Virus record (IMG/VR): IMGVR_UViG_3300032330_001647
Span: 1-51,413 of that record
Origin: a virus
Lineage: Duplodnaviria; Caudoviricetes
Strand: one strand, 5' to 3'
Length of the DNA stretch: 51,413 nt
Below, piece after piece: positions 8,566 to 17,508 of the stretch. Made by a program: the position numbers and the translations under genes. The notes under the pieces are model-generated. The model ran no database searches and was not told the origin of the DNA. It was given only the letters and a program-made list of their open reading frames with translations. Numbering within the stretch: position 1 is the first letter of the stretch; each line of letters opens with the position of its first letter.

Positions 8566-9312
8566 ATGACCAAAGTTTATTTGCCTGTTATTTGTTATAA
8601 TCACACTGTACTATCACACTTTATGTTTAGTGTGATGAAGTTGATATTTGAGGGAAAACGTAGGGGTATATCATTTAGTTTGGATTGTATATACTTTGAA
8701 AGTTTGATTGCTAGAGCTAGAAATGCTGCTGCAGTTAGTTTTCTAAATCAACCTGATTGTGACTATATGATGTTTATTGATAGTGATATCAGTTTTGAAC
8801 CAGAAAGCTTCTTTTCGTTATTGAAAGCTGATAAAGATGTTGTTTCAGGATTATACCCGAAGAAATATATCAATTCATCCAAAGTAAAGTTGTTAGCAAA
8901 ACAAGGACCAGAAATGATCGGAGATAGATTTGAAGAAGTGTGTACAGACTTTGCTACTGAAATTAAGTTTGGAAAAGATGTTAAAACCATAGAGAAAGTA
9001 AATTATGCGGCTACTGGTTTTATGTTGTTCAAGAAACGTGTCTTTAGTCAAATTGCTAGAGAAATGCCTAATATAGCATACAAGAATGATATTGACGGGT
9101 ATATGGGATATGGAGACAAGTTCTATGATTTCTTTCCATGTAAAATAAATGAACAAACCAAACGATATGAAAGTGAAGATTATGGCTTTTGTAATCTTTA
9201 TAGAAGTATTGGTGGTGAGATATATGTAGATACAACTTGTAACTTGACACACTATGGTTGGAATGGATATAAAGGTAACTTTTATCAACAAAACAAACTG
9301 TTTACTACATGA
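8566..9312 (+). CDS. GT-A fold glycosyltransferase-like protein
   Basis: SLIARARN, FIDSDI (DxD), ATGFML, SEDYGFC, LTHYG. Confidence 0.75.
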   Translation: MTKVYLPVICYNHTVLSHFMFSVMKLIFEGKRRGISFSLDCIYFESLIARARNAAAVSFLNQPDCDYMMFIDSDISFEPESFFSLLKADKDVVSGLYPKKYINSSKVKLLAKQGPEMIGDRFEEVCTDFATEIKFGKDVKTIEKVNYAATGFMLFKKRVFSQIAREMPNIAYKNDIDGYMGYGDKFYDFFPCKINEQTKRYESEDYGFCNLYRSIGGEIYVDTTCNLTHYGWNGYKGNFYQQNKLFTT

Positions 9313-9956
9313 GATTAATAATTTGTTTACCCGGCAACAATTTCTCCGGTCAATGGTTAGATAGTTTTATACCATTTTATAATTGGTGTATTAGTAACAA
9401 AATAACTCCGATATTGTCCCGTAGAGAATCATGTAACATCTATTATGTACGTAATATGTGTTTGGGTGGTGATTCTAATGCTGGAGAAAATCAAAAGCCA
9501 TGGCAAGGTAGAGTTGATTATGATTATATGCTTTGGATTGATAGTGATAATATATTCAAAGTGGATGACTTTATTAAACTCTACAACATGCAGAAAGATA
9601 TAGCATCTGGTTTGTATCTAATGCAAGATGGTAAACACTATGCTACTGTACAAGATTGGAACGAAGATCATTTTAAGAAATATGGTAGTTTTGAATTTTT
9701 AACTTTCGATAAATTAAAACAATTCAAAGATCCATTTACAGTAGACTACACTGGATTTGGTTTTATACTTATAAAACGGGGTGTATTTGAAAAACTAAAG
9801 TATCCATGGTTTAGACCAATTTGGAAAAAATTTGGCAATGTTACTGAGTTTACAATGGAAGACGTAAGCTTTTGTCATTTGGTAAAAGAATGTGGTATTG
9901 ATGTTTGGGTACATCCTGAAGTTGTGGTAAAACACGAAAAGAAAATATTGTTATGA
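9309..9956 (+). CDS. GT-A fold glycosyltransferase-like protein
   Basis: WIDSD, TGFGFILIKRGVFE, MEDVSFC, VKHEK. Confidence 0.75.
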   Translation: MRLIICLPGNNFSGQWLDSFIPFYNWCISNKITPILSRRESCNIYYVRNMCLGGDSNAGENQKPWQGRVDYDYMLWIDSDNIFKVDDFIKLYNMQKDIASGLYLMQDGKHYATVQDWNEDHFKKYGSFEFLTFDKLKQFKDPFTVDYTGFGFILIKRGVFEKLKYPWFRPIWKKFGNVTEFTMEDVSFCHLVKECGIDVWVHPEVVVKHEKKILL

Positions 9957-10390
9957 TTATTATATTAACAGGTCAACCCAATAGTGGTAAAACCACATTA
10001 GCATTAACATTAGAAACACATTTAATTAAATCAAATCGTACAGTTACAACTATTGATGGTGATATGTTGCGTACTATTAGCAACAATAAAGATTATAGTA
10101 TTGTTGGAAGAAAAAGCAATGTGAGATTAGCCATAGAAATGGCAAAAACCAGCAACAAATTATATAATTACACAATAATGTCGCTTGTCTCTCCGTTTAT
10201 AAGCTTAAGAGAATCATTGAAAAATGATCATGCGCATATTGTAAAAGAAGTTTATCTACATAGTAACAGAATTCGTGAGGGTAAAATGGTAGATTACTAT
10301 GAACCGCCACTAAATAATTATCTTGACATTGATACTGATAAGCATACAATAGAAGAATCAATTAAATTAATCTTAGACTATATACAATGA
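9953..10390 (+). CDS. cysC: adenylylsulfate (APS) kinase
   Basis: IILTGQPNSGKTT P-loop, IDGDMLR, DYS..GR..NV, SLVSPF, YEPP. Confidence 0.8.
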   Translation: MIIILTGQPNSGKTTLALTLETHLIKSNRTVTTIDGDMLRTISNNKDYSIVGRKSNVRLAIEMAKTSNKLYNYTIMSLVSPFISLRESLKNDHAHIVKEVYLHSNRIREGKMVDYYEPPLNNYLDIDTDKHTIEESIKLILDYIQ

Positions 10391-10857
10391 AAGCTATCAT
10401 AGCAATGTCTGAAAATAGATGTATTGGAAAAGAAAATAAAATTCCATGGCACATCCCAAATGATTTTAGATGGTTTAAAGAATTTACCACAGGCAAAAAA
10501 CTTATTGTGGGTAAAAATACATTTGATACTCTTCCTATGCTCAAGAATAGAGAAATTTTTGTATTGACCAGAAGAATAGAAGAATTAAGTGATATTCCAA
10601 ATCAATATCTTATTAATAAAAATGATCTTACAGGCAAAATTATCAGTGATGTATCTGATCTAGACTCAGACATAATTGTTGCGGGTGGAGCTAAAACATA
10701 TGTTAGATTATTACCATATATTACAGAATTTCATGTTACGCATGTAAATGGTAGTTATGAGGGTGATACATTTATGCCACTATTTGAAGATTTGTTTACT
10801 AATAAAGAAGTTGTAAAAGAATTTGACGGACACAAAGTTATCAAGTATAGTAAATGA
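10387..10857 (+). CDS. folA: dihydrofolate reductase
   Basis: IIAMSENRCIGKENKIPWHIPND..WFK..T, VGKNTF, GGAKTY, EGDTF. Confidence 0.93.
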   Translation: MKAIIAMSENRCIGKENKIPWHIPNDFRWFKEFTTGKKLIVGKNTFDTLPMLKNREIFVLTRRIEELSDIPNQYLINKNDLTGKIISDVSDLDSDIIVAGGAKTYVRLLPYITEFHVTHVNGSYEGDTFMPLFEDLFTNKEVVKEFDGHKVIKYSK

Positions 10858-10858
10858 T

Positions 10859-11695
10859 ATGTCATTTTTAGATAAAACATTTCAAGAAAATTTAGAATTA
10901 ATCCTAACAAAAGGATATAAAAAAGAAGATAGAACTGGAACCGGAACAATTTCATTTCCAGGCGTAATGATCCGTCACGATATGTCTGATGGATATCCAT
11001 TGCTTACATTACGAAAAGTTCCATTTAAATCGCCAGCTATAGAATTAGAAGGCTTTATTAAAGGAATTACATCTAAGAAATGGTATAAAGAACGAGGATG
11101 TAATTATTGGAATCAATGGTGTAATCCACAAGTAGTTCCATATAACACTGATAATGATACCAAGAAGAAAATGGAAGAATGTGATGATCTTGGAAAGATA
11201 TATGGATATCAGTGGCGTAATTTTAAAGGAGTAGATCAATTAAAAAATATTGTAAATACGCTTAAAAAAGATCCAAACAATAGAAGAATGGTTTGTTCTG
11301 CTTGGGTTCCAGATCAACTGAATGAAATGGCATTACCGCCTTGCCATTTTGCATGGCAAGTGAATGTAACTGATGGTAAACTCAATTTGTTTTACTATAT
11401 GCGTAGTGTAGATTTTGTGTTGGGTAATGATCTAAATACTTATGGATTGTTATTACATCTATTAGCAAAAGAATCTAATTTGAAAGAAGGTATGTTAGTA
11501 GGATTTTTTGCAGACGCACACATTTATTTAAATCATATAGATGGTATTAAAGAATTGTTAAATAGAAATCCAACGGGAAATCTTCCAACAATAAAAACAG
11601 ATAACTTTAAATCAATATATGATTGGCAATATAGTGATACAATTTTACTTGACTATCAACCACTACCAAATGTAAAGTTTGAGGTAGCAGTATGA
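10859..11695 (+). CDS. thyA: thymidylate synthase
   Basis: DRTGTGT, YGYQWR, DPNNRR, MALPPCH, RSVD, DAHIYLNH; ATG at 10859. Confidence 0.95.
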   Translation: MSFLDKTFQENLELILTKGYKKEDRTGTGTISFPGVMIRHDMSDGYPLLTLRKVPFKSPAIELEGFIKGITSKKWYKERGCNYWNQWCNPQVVPYNTDNDTKKKMEECDDLGKIYGYQWRNFKGVDQLKNIVNTLKKDPNNRRMVCSAWVPDQLNEMALPPCHFAWQVNVTDGKLNLFYYMRSVDFVLGNDLNTYGLLLHLLAKESNLKEGMLVGFFADAHIYLNHIDGIKELLNRNPTGNLPTIKTDNFKSIYDWQYSDTILLDYQPLPNVKFEVAV

Positions 11696-11835
11696 AAAAA
11701 CAGACCAAGAAAGAAAAAGAAGAGATAAAAATGAAGTTGGCTTACTTTGATAAAATCGTCAAAGATACCCGTGAACTAATTAAACAAGGTTATACAATGC
11801 CAAACTTAAGTTGTTTGATGATACAAAAACAATGA
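11692..11835 (+). CDS. small basic hypothetical protein (47 aa, not in ORF track)
   Basis: MKKQTKKEKEEIK...; ATGA overlaps with thyA stop and next start. Confidence 0.5.
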   Translation: MKKQTKKEKEEIKMKLAYFDKIVKDTRELIKQGYTMPNLSCLMIQKQ

Positions 11836-12017
11836 AATACAAATATACTATAAAAATACATAATGTAACGGATTATTCAGAACTTGAAAATGTAATGAAT
11901 GATTATGGTGCAAAAGGATATCGTGTATCTAAAGCAGAATTCATCGGTGATATATTTGAAAACAATAGACCAATGAAAAAGTTTGTGGTATACTTAGAAA
12001 AGAAAATTAAAAAATGA
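11832..12017 (+). CDS. hypothetical protein
   Basis: ATGA-coupled start MKYKYTIK. Confidence 0.55.
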   Translation: MKYKYTIKIHNVTDYSELENVMNDYGAKGYRVSKAEFIGDIFENNRPMKKFVVYLEKKIKK

Positions 12018-12023
12018 TAATAT

Positions 12024-12395
12024 ATGTATAATTTATTTTTGGATGACCTCCGCATTCCAACGCATGTAACTTGGGTTAATGTCCCAAAAGATCAACATTA
12101 TTCAGTGGTAAGAAACTATCAAGAGTTCGTAGACATAATTACACTACGAGGACTTCCTAAGTTTGTTTGCTACGATCACGATTTAAATGATATTCATTAT
12201 GGACATGGTTTACAAGGTGATGATATTCCATATGATCAATATGCAGAAAAGACTGGATATGACGCTGCAAAATGGTTGGTTGAGTATTGTATGAAGAAGG
12301 GTGTGAAACATCCTCCGTATGTAGTACACTCTATGAACCCTGTAGGAAAAAGTAATATTATTAGTTATGTTGAATCGTATAACAAATCTGTTTAA
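12024..12395 (+). CDS. cyclic-phosphate processing receiver-domain protein
   Basis: LFLDDLR, YDHDL, KTGYDAAKWL, HSMNPVG. Confidence 0.75.
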   Translation: MYNLFLDDLRIPTHVTWVNVPKDQHYSVVRNYQEFVDIITLRGLPKFVCYDHDLNDIHYGHGLQGDDIPYDQYAEKTGYDAAKWLVEYCMKKGVKHPPYVVHSMNPVGKSNIISYVESYNKSV

Positions 12396-12579
12396 AGAAA
12401 TTGCTATTTGGTGTGCATTAATCTTTTTGTTTTATTTATCTATTTCAAGTGTTGTCTTTGCACTTAGACATCCATGGGCAACTGATATGGAAAGATTTAT
12501 TCATATTGGTGACGCTTTAATGTTTAATAAGGTATCTTACAAAGAAATGAGAGGAGAATGTCAACAACCCCTAGGCTAA
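12367..12579 (+). CDS. small membrane protein, C-terminus altered by IS insertion
   Basis: one TM segment; last 6 codons come from the IS right end (reconstructed empty site ends ...RGEYEER*). Confidence 0.55.
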   Translation: MLNRITNLFKEIAIWCALIFLFYLSISSVVFALRHPWATDMERFIHIGDALMFNKVSYKEMRGECQQPLG

Positions 12580-12700
12580 AGCCATAGGGGCTTGTAATGC
12601 TGTTGCTTTCACAACAGGCTTACATACGATTGGCTGGTTGACGACAGCCTGCCCGTAAGTCAGGTAATTAGTCTGTGATACGGGAAGTTTGGACAATTTA
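12540..12700 (-). ncRNA. putative TnpB reRNA/omegaRNA (scaffold overlapping tnpB 3' end + flank-derived guide ATTCTCCTCTCATTTCTTTG); 5' limit approximate
   Basis: known TnpB architecture; nucleotide blocks conserved with copy 2 (TACATACGATTGGC, ACGGGAAGTTTGGA, terminal hairpin). Confidence 0.5.
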
Positions 12701-13737
12701 GCAATATTGATTGCCGCATTAATGTCCGCATCATAAATAAGTCCATTCTTAGAGTAAAATCTACAACCTCTTCTTTCTCCATCACGATTTCCAGTTACAC
12801 TATCAATCTGTGATGTATAATAAGGGCGAACTAGTAGAACCAATTTACCTTGATTCTCTGCCTTATAGCTTATTACTCTACGAAGTTCAAATATTGGAAC
12901 TTGTCCAATTGAACGCTTATTTTGATATTTATTATTTTTCTTTTTTATACCGACAAGATTTTCAAGCACGATTGTATCTGCTTCTGTGTTTAAAACTACA
13001 TTAGCAATCAAATGTGTTTGATTTCTATTTTTGTTAGATTCTTTATGTTTTAACTTACGAAGATGTCTTCTGGCACTTTTAGTGCTTTTGGATTTGAGAC
13101 TATCTTTTAAATGTCTCAATCTACGCTTATCTCCATTAAACTTTCTATCAATAATTATTCTACCATCACTACAAGCTGCATTACGACGAATGCCGATATC
13201 TACTCCTAAAGCGAGTTTTTGTTTTAATGGTTCTTTAGGTTTATTATCAAATGTAAATGATATAAATAATTTACCATCATTTTCATAAATTAGAGGATCT
13301 GTATATTCATATTTGTCCAATAATTCCTTTAGTTTAGGATACACTACAAATTTAAATGATTGTCTTCCAGAAGTAGTAGTTATACGGATTGAATATTTAT
13401 CAGTTTTGTTTTTTGAATAAAGTCTTTTATCTAAACGCATGGAAAGGTTTTTCTTTTCAATTGATTTTTTTAATCTGTGTTTATTTGACTTTGTAGATTT
13501 ATAACTTGATAAACATTCTTGTTCTGCTTTAATAATAACTTGTGATGGTATATTTGGATATTGTTTTCTAATGTTATTATAAACTTTAGAATGTAAAACT
13601 ACCAAACTATTTTTTGTTTCATTGAATTGATGTTGTGAAGCAAAATTAAATACAACTTTATGCATTTCAAGAATTGACTTTAAACTATCAAAGTCTTCTT
13701 GATTTTTCATTAAAAGTTGTGTATTATATGATATCAC
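12571..13737 (-). CDS. tnpB: RNA-guided endonuclease TnpB
   Basis: RuvC-I LGVDIG, RuvC-II IVLENL, RuvC-III DADINAAINI, YTSQ; GTG start. Confidence 0.9.
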   Translation of the reverse strand: MISYNTQLLMKNQEDFDSLKSILEMHKVVFNFASQHQFNETKNSLVVLHSKVYNNIRKQYPNIPSQVIIKAEQECLSSYKSTKSNKHRLKKSIEKKNLSMRLDKRLYSKNKTDKYSIRITTTSGRQSFKFVVYPKLKELLDKYEYTDPLIYENDGKLFISFTFDNKPKEPLKQKLALGVDIGIRRNAACSDGRIIIDRKFNGDKRRLRHLKDSLKSKSTKSARRHLRKLKHKESNKNRNQTHLIANVVLNTEADTIVLENLVGIKKKNNKYQNKRSIGQVPIFELRRVISYKAENQGKLVLLVRPYYTSQIDSVTGNRDGERRGCRFYSKNGLIYDADINAAINIAKLSKLPVSQTNYLTYGQAVVNQPIVCKPVVKATALQAPMALA

Positions 13738-13797
13738 TTCATATAAATATACACTATAAATACAAAAAGTGAAAAATAATGAAAAATATTTTTGTGG

Positions 13798-13826
13798 TTG
13801 ACAAAATCAAGCGGTCAATGTATATT
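13798..13826 (+). promoter_or_regulatory. outward-facing sigma70 promoter inside IS left end
   Basis: TTGACA-17 bp-TATATT with TG extension. Confidence 0.7.
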
Positions 13827-13891
13827 GATTACATAGTCGGAATTCCTCCCCTAGGTTAAAGCCGTAGGGGGTTTCCTTCCTCCAAAATAAT

Positions 13892-14086
13892 ATGAAGAGC
13901 GCTGATAATATTGTTGAATTAACAGATAAAGATATTAAAAAGTATACCAAGTTAAAAGAGGGTGAAAGTATCAAGTCTGATGATTTGGTTCATATTGAAG
14001 AAAATACCTATGCTAAACTAGGTAAAGGTAATATATTGTGTAAATCTACGGTAAACAAGTATAATACAATTTTGAGGGCAAAATGA
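13892..14086 (+). CDS. hypothetical protein
   Basis: 64 aa; ATG immediately abuts the IS left end. Confidence 0.6.
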   Translation: MKSADNIVELTDKDIKKYTKLKEGESIKSDDLVHIEENTYAKLGKGNILCKSTVNKYNTILRAK

Positions 14087-14424
14087 TTAAGTTGTTATTT
14101 GCATTGTCAATATTAGTATTTGTTTATATTATTGGTTGGCATCAAATTTACGGACAATTTATTAATTCATTTTATAAAAAATATGAAATGTGGTTGATAT
14201 GGTTAAGTGTGCCTAGTACATTGTTATCAATATATGCTACGAAATTATTAGCAGAATATTTTAATGGAAAAATGTGGCCAAATAGAATTTTTACATTTAG
14301 TATTGGCATAGTTATGTTTACAATATTGACACATATTTATTTTAATGAAAAAATAAGTGTTAAAACATTGACACTAATCGCATTAAGCGCATTAATAGTT
14401 ATATTACAAGTTTTGTGGAAATAA
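14083..14424 (+). CDS. 4-TM membrane protein (DMT/EamA-like)
   Basis: four hydrophobic segments, FNEKISVKTL loop. Confidence 0.55.
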   Translation: MIKLLFALSILVFVYIIGWHQIYGQFINSFYKKYEMWLIWLSVPSTLLSIYATKLLAEYFNGKMWPNRIFTFSIGIVMFTILTHIYFNEKISVKTLTLIALSALIVILQVLWK

Positions 14425-14427
14425 ATT

Positions 14428-14607
14428 ATGAATAATAAAATTGAAAAATTACCCAATGGTGACTTTAAAGTAGTATCTGAAATGGAAGAATGTATTGTAT
14501 GTGGGGTAGAAACAAATGAACCCAAAGACAAACATATAGACTTTCGTTATCACTATGTAGAAGGTGCTGGACAACTTTGCAGTAAATGTGCTGAAAAATA
14601 TGAATGA
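14428..14607 (+). CDS. small Zn-finger protein (59 aa, not in ORF track)
   Basis: CIVCG...YVEGAGQLCSKC. Confidence 0.6.
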   Translation: MNNKIEKLPNGDFKVVSEMEECIVCGVETNEPKDKHIDFRYHYVEGAGQLCSKCAEKYE

Positions 14608-14983
14608 ACTAAATAAACCAAATGCTTTTGTATTCAAAGCATTCATTGACGGTGAATACAGACTATGTGTATGTCCACGAATTGATAATAAGTGGAGTGA
14701 AGCTGACATTGTTTATATCAAAGATGACCCCTACAAAGAATTCGATGAAGTACTTGACAACAAGTTATTTAGTGTTATATTTGTAGGATATGAACCAGAT
14801 CCAAATGGATCAACAGGTTTTACAATAAAAAATGTTAACTCAAATTATATCAAGAGCGATACATCTATCGCTAGTGAAATGTATAACGAAGGATCATTTT
14901 TTACTACAATAGAGAAAGGATATCAACATTTTTATGAGCAACAATCAAGCCGGGAAGGGCTCGAAACAACGCCCAACCAATAA
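14600..14983 (+). CDS. hypothetical protein
   Basis: ATG 14600 overlaps the upstream gene end. Confidence 0.55.
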   Translation: MNELNKPNAFVFKAFIDGEYRLCVCPRIDNKWSEADIVYIKDDPYKEFDEVLDNKLFSVIFVGYEPDPNGSTGFTIKNVNSNYIKSDTSIASEMYNEGSFFTTIEKGYQHFYEQQSSREGLETTPNQ

Positions 14984-15047
14984 AAAACAATACGATAAAA
15001 ATTACGACGATATTTTTAGAAAAATAAAACCAAAAAAAGAATCTTAA
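14934..15047 (+). CDS. small basic phage protein (37 aa)
   Basis: AGKGSKQRP...YDKNYDDIF, a motif I recall from small phage proteins. Confidence 0.5.
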   Translation: MSNNQAGKGSKQRPTNKKQYDKNYDDIFRKIKPKKES

Positions 15048-15098
15048 AATATGACATAAATTACGATATAATAGTGCGTCAATCATATATATTATTAT

Positions 15099-15821
15099 AT
15101 GAACGCAAAAATTTATAAAATAACTAACTTACTAAATAATAAAATATATGTAGGACAAACACATTCTACATTAGAAAATAGGTTCAAAAAACATTATCGT
15201 GACAGCTCTGGAAAAAATCCAAAAAACATGCCAATTGTATTGGCTATAAAAAAGTATGGGATAAATTATTTTAAGATAGAACTCTTAGAAGAATTATCTA
15301 GTGATCTAACACAACTAGATGTAGATTTAAAAGAAAAATATTGGGGTTTAAAATTAAATTCTTTATCGCCAAATGGTTATAACTTAAAACTTGGTAATGG
15401 ACGGGGAATTCTATCGGAAGAAAGTAAATTAAAAATAAGCAAAATACATAAAGGAAAATTGGTAAGTGCGGAAACACGACTAAAAATTTCCAAATCAAAA
15501 AAAGGAATGAAACATTCGGTTGAATCAAAAAATAAAATATCACAAAATAACAGTAAATATTGGTTTGGAAAAAAAAGATCGACGGAAGACAGATTGAAAA
15601 TGTGTAAACCTAAAAAGAAGTATAAACATCATTTTGCTCGTCAAATTTTAGCAAAGTGTAACGATAAAAGTTATATATTTGAATCTGCACATGAAGCTTC
15701 AAAATCGAATGTTTTTGACAAAAAAATATATATTACAAATATTACGAATTGTTGTAAAATGAAAACGAAAACTGCTGGAAAAATTAATGGAATTCCAGTT
15801 ACGTGGTCGTTCTTAAATTAA
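15099..15821 (+). CDS. free-standing GIY-YIG homing endonuclease with NUMOD3 repeats
   Basis: KIYKITNLLNNKIYVGQT, PNGYNL, repeated SEESKLKIS/SAETRLKIS/HSVESKNKIS, C-terminal ITNCCK. Confidence 0.85.
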   Translation: MNAKIYKITNLLNNKIYVGQTHSTLENRFKKHYRDSSGKNPKNMPIVLAIKKYGINYFKIELLEELSSDLTQLDVDLKEKYWGLKLNSLSPNGYNLKLGNGRGILSEESKLKISKIHKGKLVSAETRLKISKSKKGMKHSVESKNKISQNNSKYWFGKKRSTEDRLKMCKPKKKYKHHFARQILAKCNDKSYIFESAHEASKSNVFDKKIYITNITNCCKMKTKTAGKINGIPVTWSFLN

Positions 15822-15826
15822 AGTGA

Positions 15827-16072
15827 ATGAAAAAAGTAATTCTTACCAAAATTGAATATGATTTTCTAATCGAATGCTTAGAAAAACTAGAGAAACATAC
15901 AGATGATTCCCCAGCAGATTCAAAATGGTTTGAAAAAATGGACACAACTCGTAGACTCTATGAATTAGAGATGGAACACTTTAATATCAAAAAATATGGT
16001 GCACCATCTACCAAATATCAAATGGTTAAGTGGCTACTAACAAAAGTTAAAACCAAATCACTTGACTTTTAA
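15827..16072 (+). CDS. hypothetical protein
   Basis: 81 aa ORF in operon. Confidence 0.55.
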   Translation: MKKVILTKIEYDFLIECLEKLEKHTDDSPADSKWFEKMDTTRRLYELEMEHFNIKKYGAPSTKYQMVKWLLTKVKTKSLDF

Positions 16073-16090
16073 TTGGTTAAATGTTATAGT
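16062..16090 (+). promoter_or_regulatory. sigma70 promoter, leaderless-type
   Basis: TTGACT-17-TATAGT, 5 nt to ATG 16096. Confidence 0.7.
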
Positions 16091-16095
16091 GGAAT

Positions 16096-16875
16096 ATGCT
16101 AAATTTTAATTCAGATAAAAAGAAGATTGTCATTGTTGCTGACCCACACAATGATTACAAAAAGCTAGATACAATCCTCAAAAAAGAAGATGGTGATATT
16201 AATATTTGTTTGGGTGATTGGTTTGATAGTTTTATATACGATGAACCACAACACTACGCAGATACCGCTAAGTATCTGTTAGAAGAGTTTTTACCAAATG
16301 AGAAGAACTATACTTTGTTTGGTAATCACGATATACACTATTTGTTTAATGCGCCTAGTGTATGGTGTAGTGGTTATGAACAATGGAAGTTTAATAGAAT
16401 CAATGATGTTATTGAAAAACATAGAGGTTATTTTCAACAGAAGTTTAATTGGGCTTGTGTTGTAGATGGCATTCTATTAACCCACGCTGGTTTGGATCAA
16501 CGATTAGTGTCTTCTACTTGTTCTACTAATGAGGATATTTTCAAATATCTTGATCAATGTAGTGATGAAGCTACAACCAAGTTAAAGAGTGATGATTTAC
16601 ATTGGTTTTATCAAGTTGGTAATAGTAGAGGTGGTAGGTTTAGAGCTGGTGGTATTGTTTGGTGTGATTTTGATCATGAGTTTAGTCCTATTGATGATTT
16701 GAAACAAATCGTTGGACATACTAGTCAATGGGAAACAGGTAGAGCTAAACAACACGATAGTGAGGGATTTATGAATCTTGCAGAGGCAAATAACATTTGT
16801 ATTGATTGTAATCTTAATCAGTATATTACTATTACAAATGGTAAGATTGAACTGAAAGATTACTATGATCTCTAA
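16096..16875 (+). CDS. calcineurin-like metallophosphoesterase
   Basis: ADPH, LGDWFD, GNHD, THAG, QIVGHT, CIDC. Confidence 0.85.
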   Translation: MLNFNSDKKKIVIVADPHNDYKKLDTILKKEDGDINICLGDWFDSFIYDEPQHYADTAKYLLEEFLPNEKNYTLFGNHDIHYLFNAPSVWCSGYEQWKFNRINDVIEKHRGYFQQKFNWACVVDGILLTHAGLDQRLVSSTCSTNEDIFKYLDQCSDEATTKLKSDDLHWFYQVGNSRGGRFRAGGIVWCDFDHEFSPIDDLKQIVGHTSQWETGRAKQHDSEGFMNLAEANNICIDCNLNQYITITNGKIELKDYYDL

Positions 16876-16901
16876 ATAAAACAACAGTGTAACAAATTGA
16901 T

Positions 16902-16942
16902 GAGGGATGTTACGTAACAGTGACATCTCTTGTTTTATTTTT
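16902..16942 (+). terminator. intrinsic terminator
   Basis: AGGGATGTTAC-loop-GTGACATCTCT stem (with G-U pairs) followed by T-rich tract. Confidence 0.55.
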
Positions 16943-16964
16943 AATATATGATATTTTAAAGTAT

Positions 16965-17162
16965 ATGGACGATCTTCAGATTACTTGCAACTATTGTGAT
17001 ATGCCAGCTAAATTAAAGCGGGATAAAATTTATATGCAGTGTCATTGTTGTGATGACCGTCGTATAATTGATCTTCGTGAGTATCTTTTAGAAGATAAAC
17101 ACCACGATTATTTATATTCTATGTTCAATGATAATTTTGTGTATAATGAAGCCAAAGCTTAA
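16965..17162 (+). CDS. small Cys-rich hypothetical protein
   Basis: CNYC, CHCC; ATG 16965. Confidence 0.55.
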   Translation: MDDLQITCNYCDMPAKLKRDKIYMQCHCCDDRRIIDLREYLLEDKHHDYLYSMFNDNFVYNEAKA

Positions 17163-17191
17163 TAGTTATACTTAACGAAAGGTATAACATT

Positions 17192-17419
17192 ATGTCAGGT
17201 CTTTATTTAGGAATCAAAACACAAAATCCAGTAGTTGGAATCACAAGTACCAATCCAGGCACAGCAAACGCTATGTTAGCTGCCCAACAAATGGCACAAG
17301 CACAACAAGATCAACAAACCGCTAAACAAGTTGATCCACGTTGGAGCAATCAAGCACCAACAGTTGTACATGAAATGCCATGGCACAAAGCACATCCTGG
17401 TTTGAAGAACGTTCAATAA
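17192..17419 (+). CDS. Gln-rich hypothetical protein
   Basis: 75 aa, GAAAGG upstream, followed by a terminator. Confidence 0.55.
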   Translation: MSGLYLGIKTQNPVVGITSTNPGTANAMLAAQQMAQAQQDQQTAKQVDPRWSNQAPTVVHEMPWHKAHPGLKNVQ

Positions 17420-17444
17420 TTTTATTTGTTTGTTTATTCATCAT

Positions 17445-17472
17445 ACCCCACAGTAAAATGTGGGGTTTTTTG
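17445..17472 (+). terminator. intrinsic terminator fused to next -35 box
   Basis: ACCCCACA-GTAAAA-TGTGGGGT + T tract, then TTGACT 17474. Confidence 0.8.
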
Positions 17473-17508
17473 TTTGACTATTTAAAAATGTAATGTAAAC
17501 TAAAATAT

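Larger units (their letters stand above)
12560..13891 (-). mobile_element. IS200/IS605-family tnpB-only element (IS1341-like), copy 1
   Basis: subterminal hairpins at 12568-12590 and ~13848-13871; - strand right end ...GTTGAC; left end follows TCAT; no tnpA, no TSD; ends homologous to copy 2. Confidence 0.9.

Noticed and set aside
12571-13737. TnpB as Cas12f/type V CRISPR effector
   Set aside because: No repeat-spacer array near either copy; both are bounded by IS200/IS605 hairpin ends.
16908-16919. Perfect palindrome TGTTACGTAACA as an operator
   Set aside because: Better explained as part of a terminator stem-loop (16902-16942) after the phosphoesterase gene.
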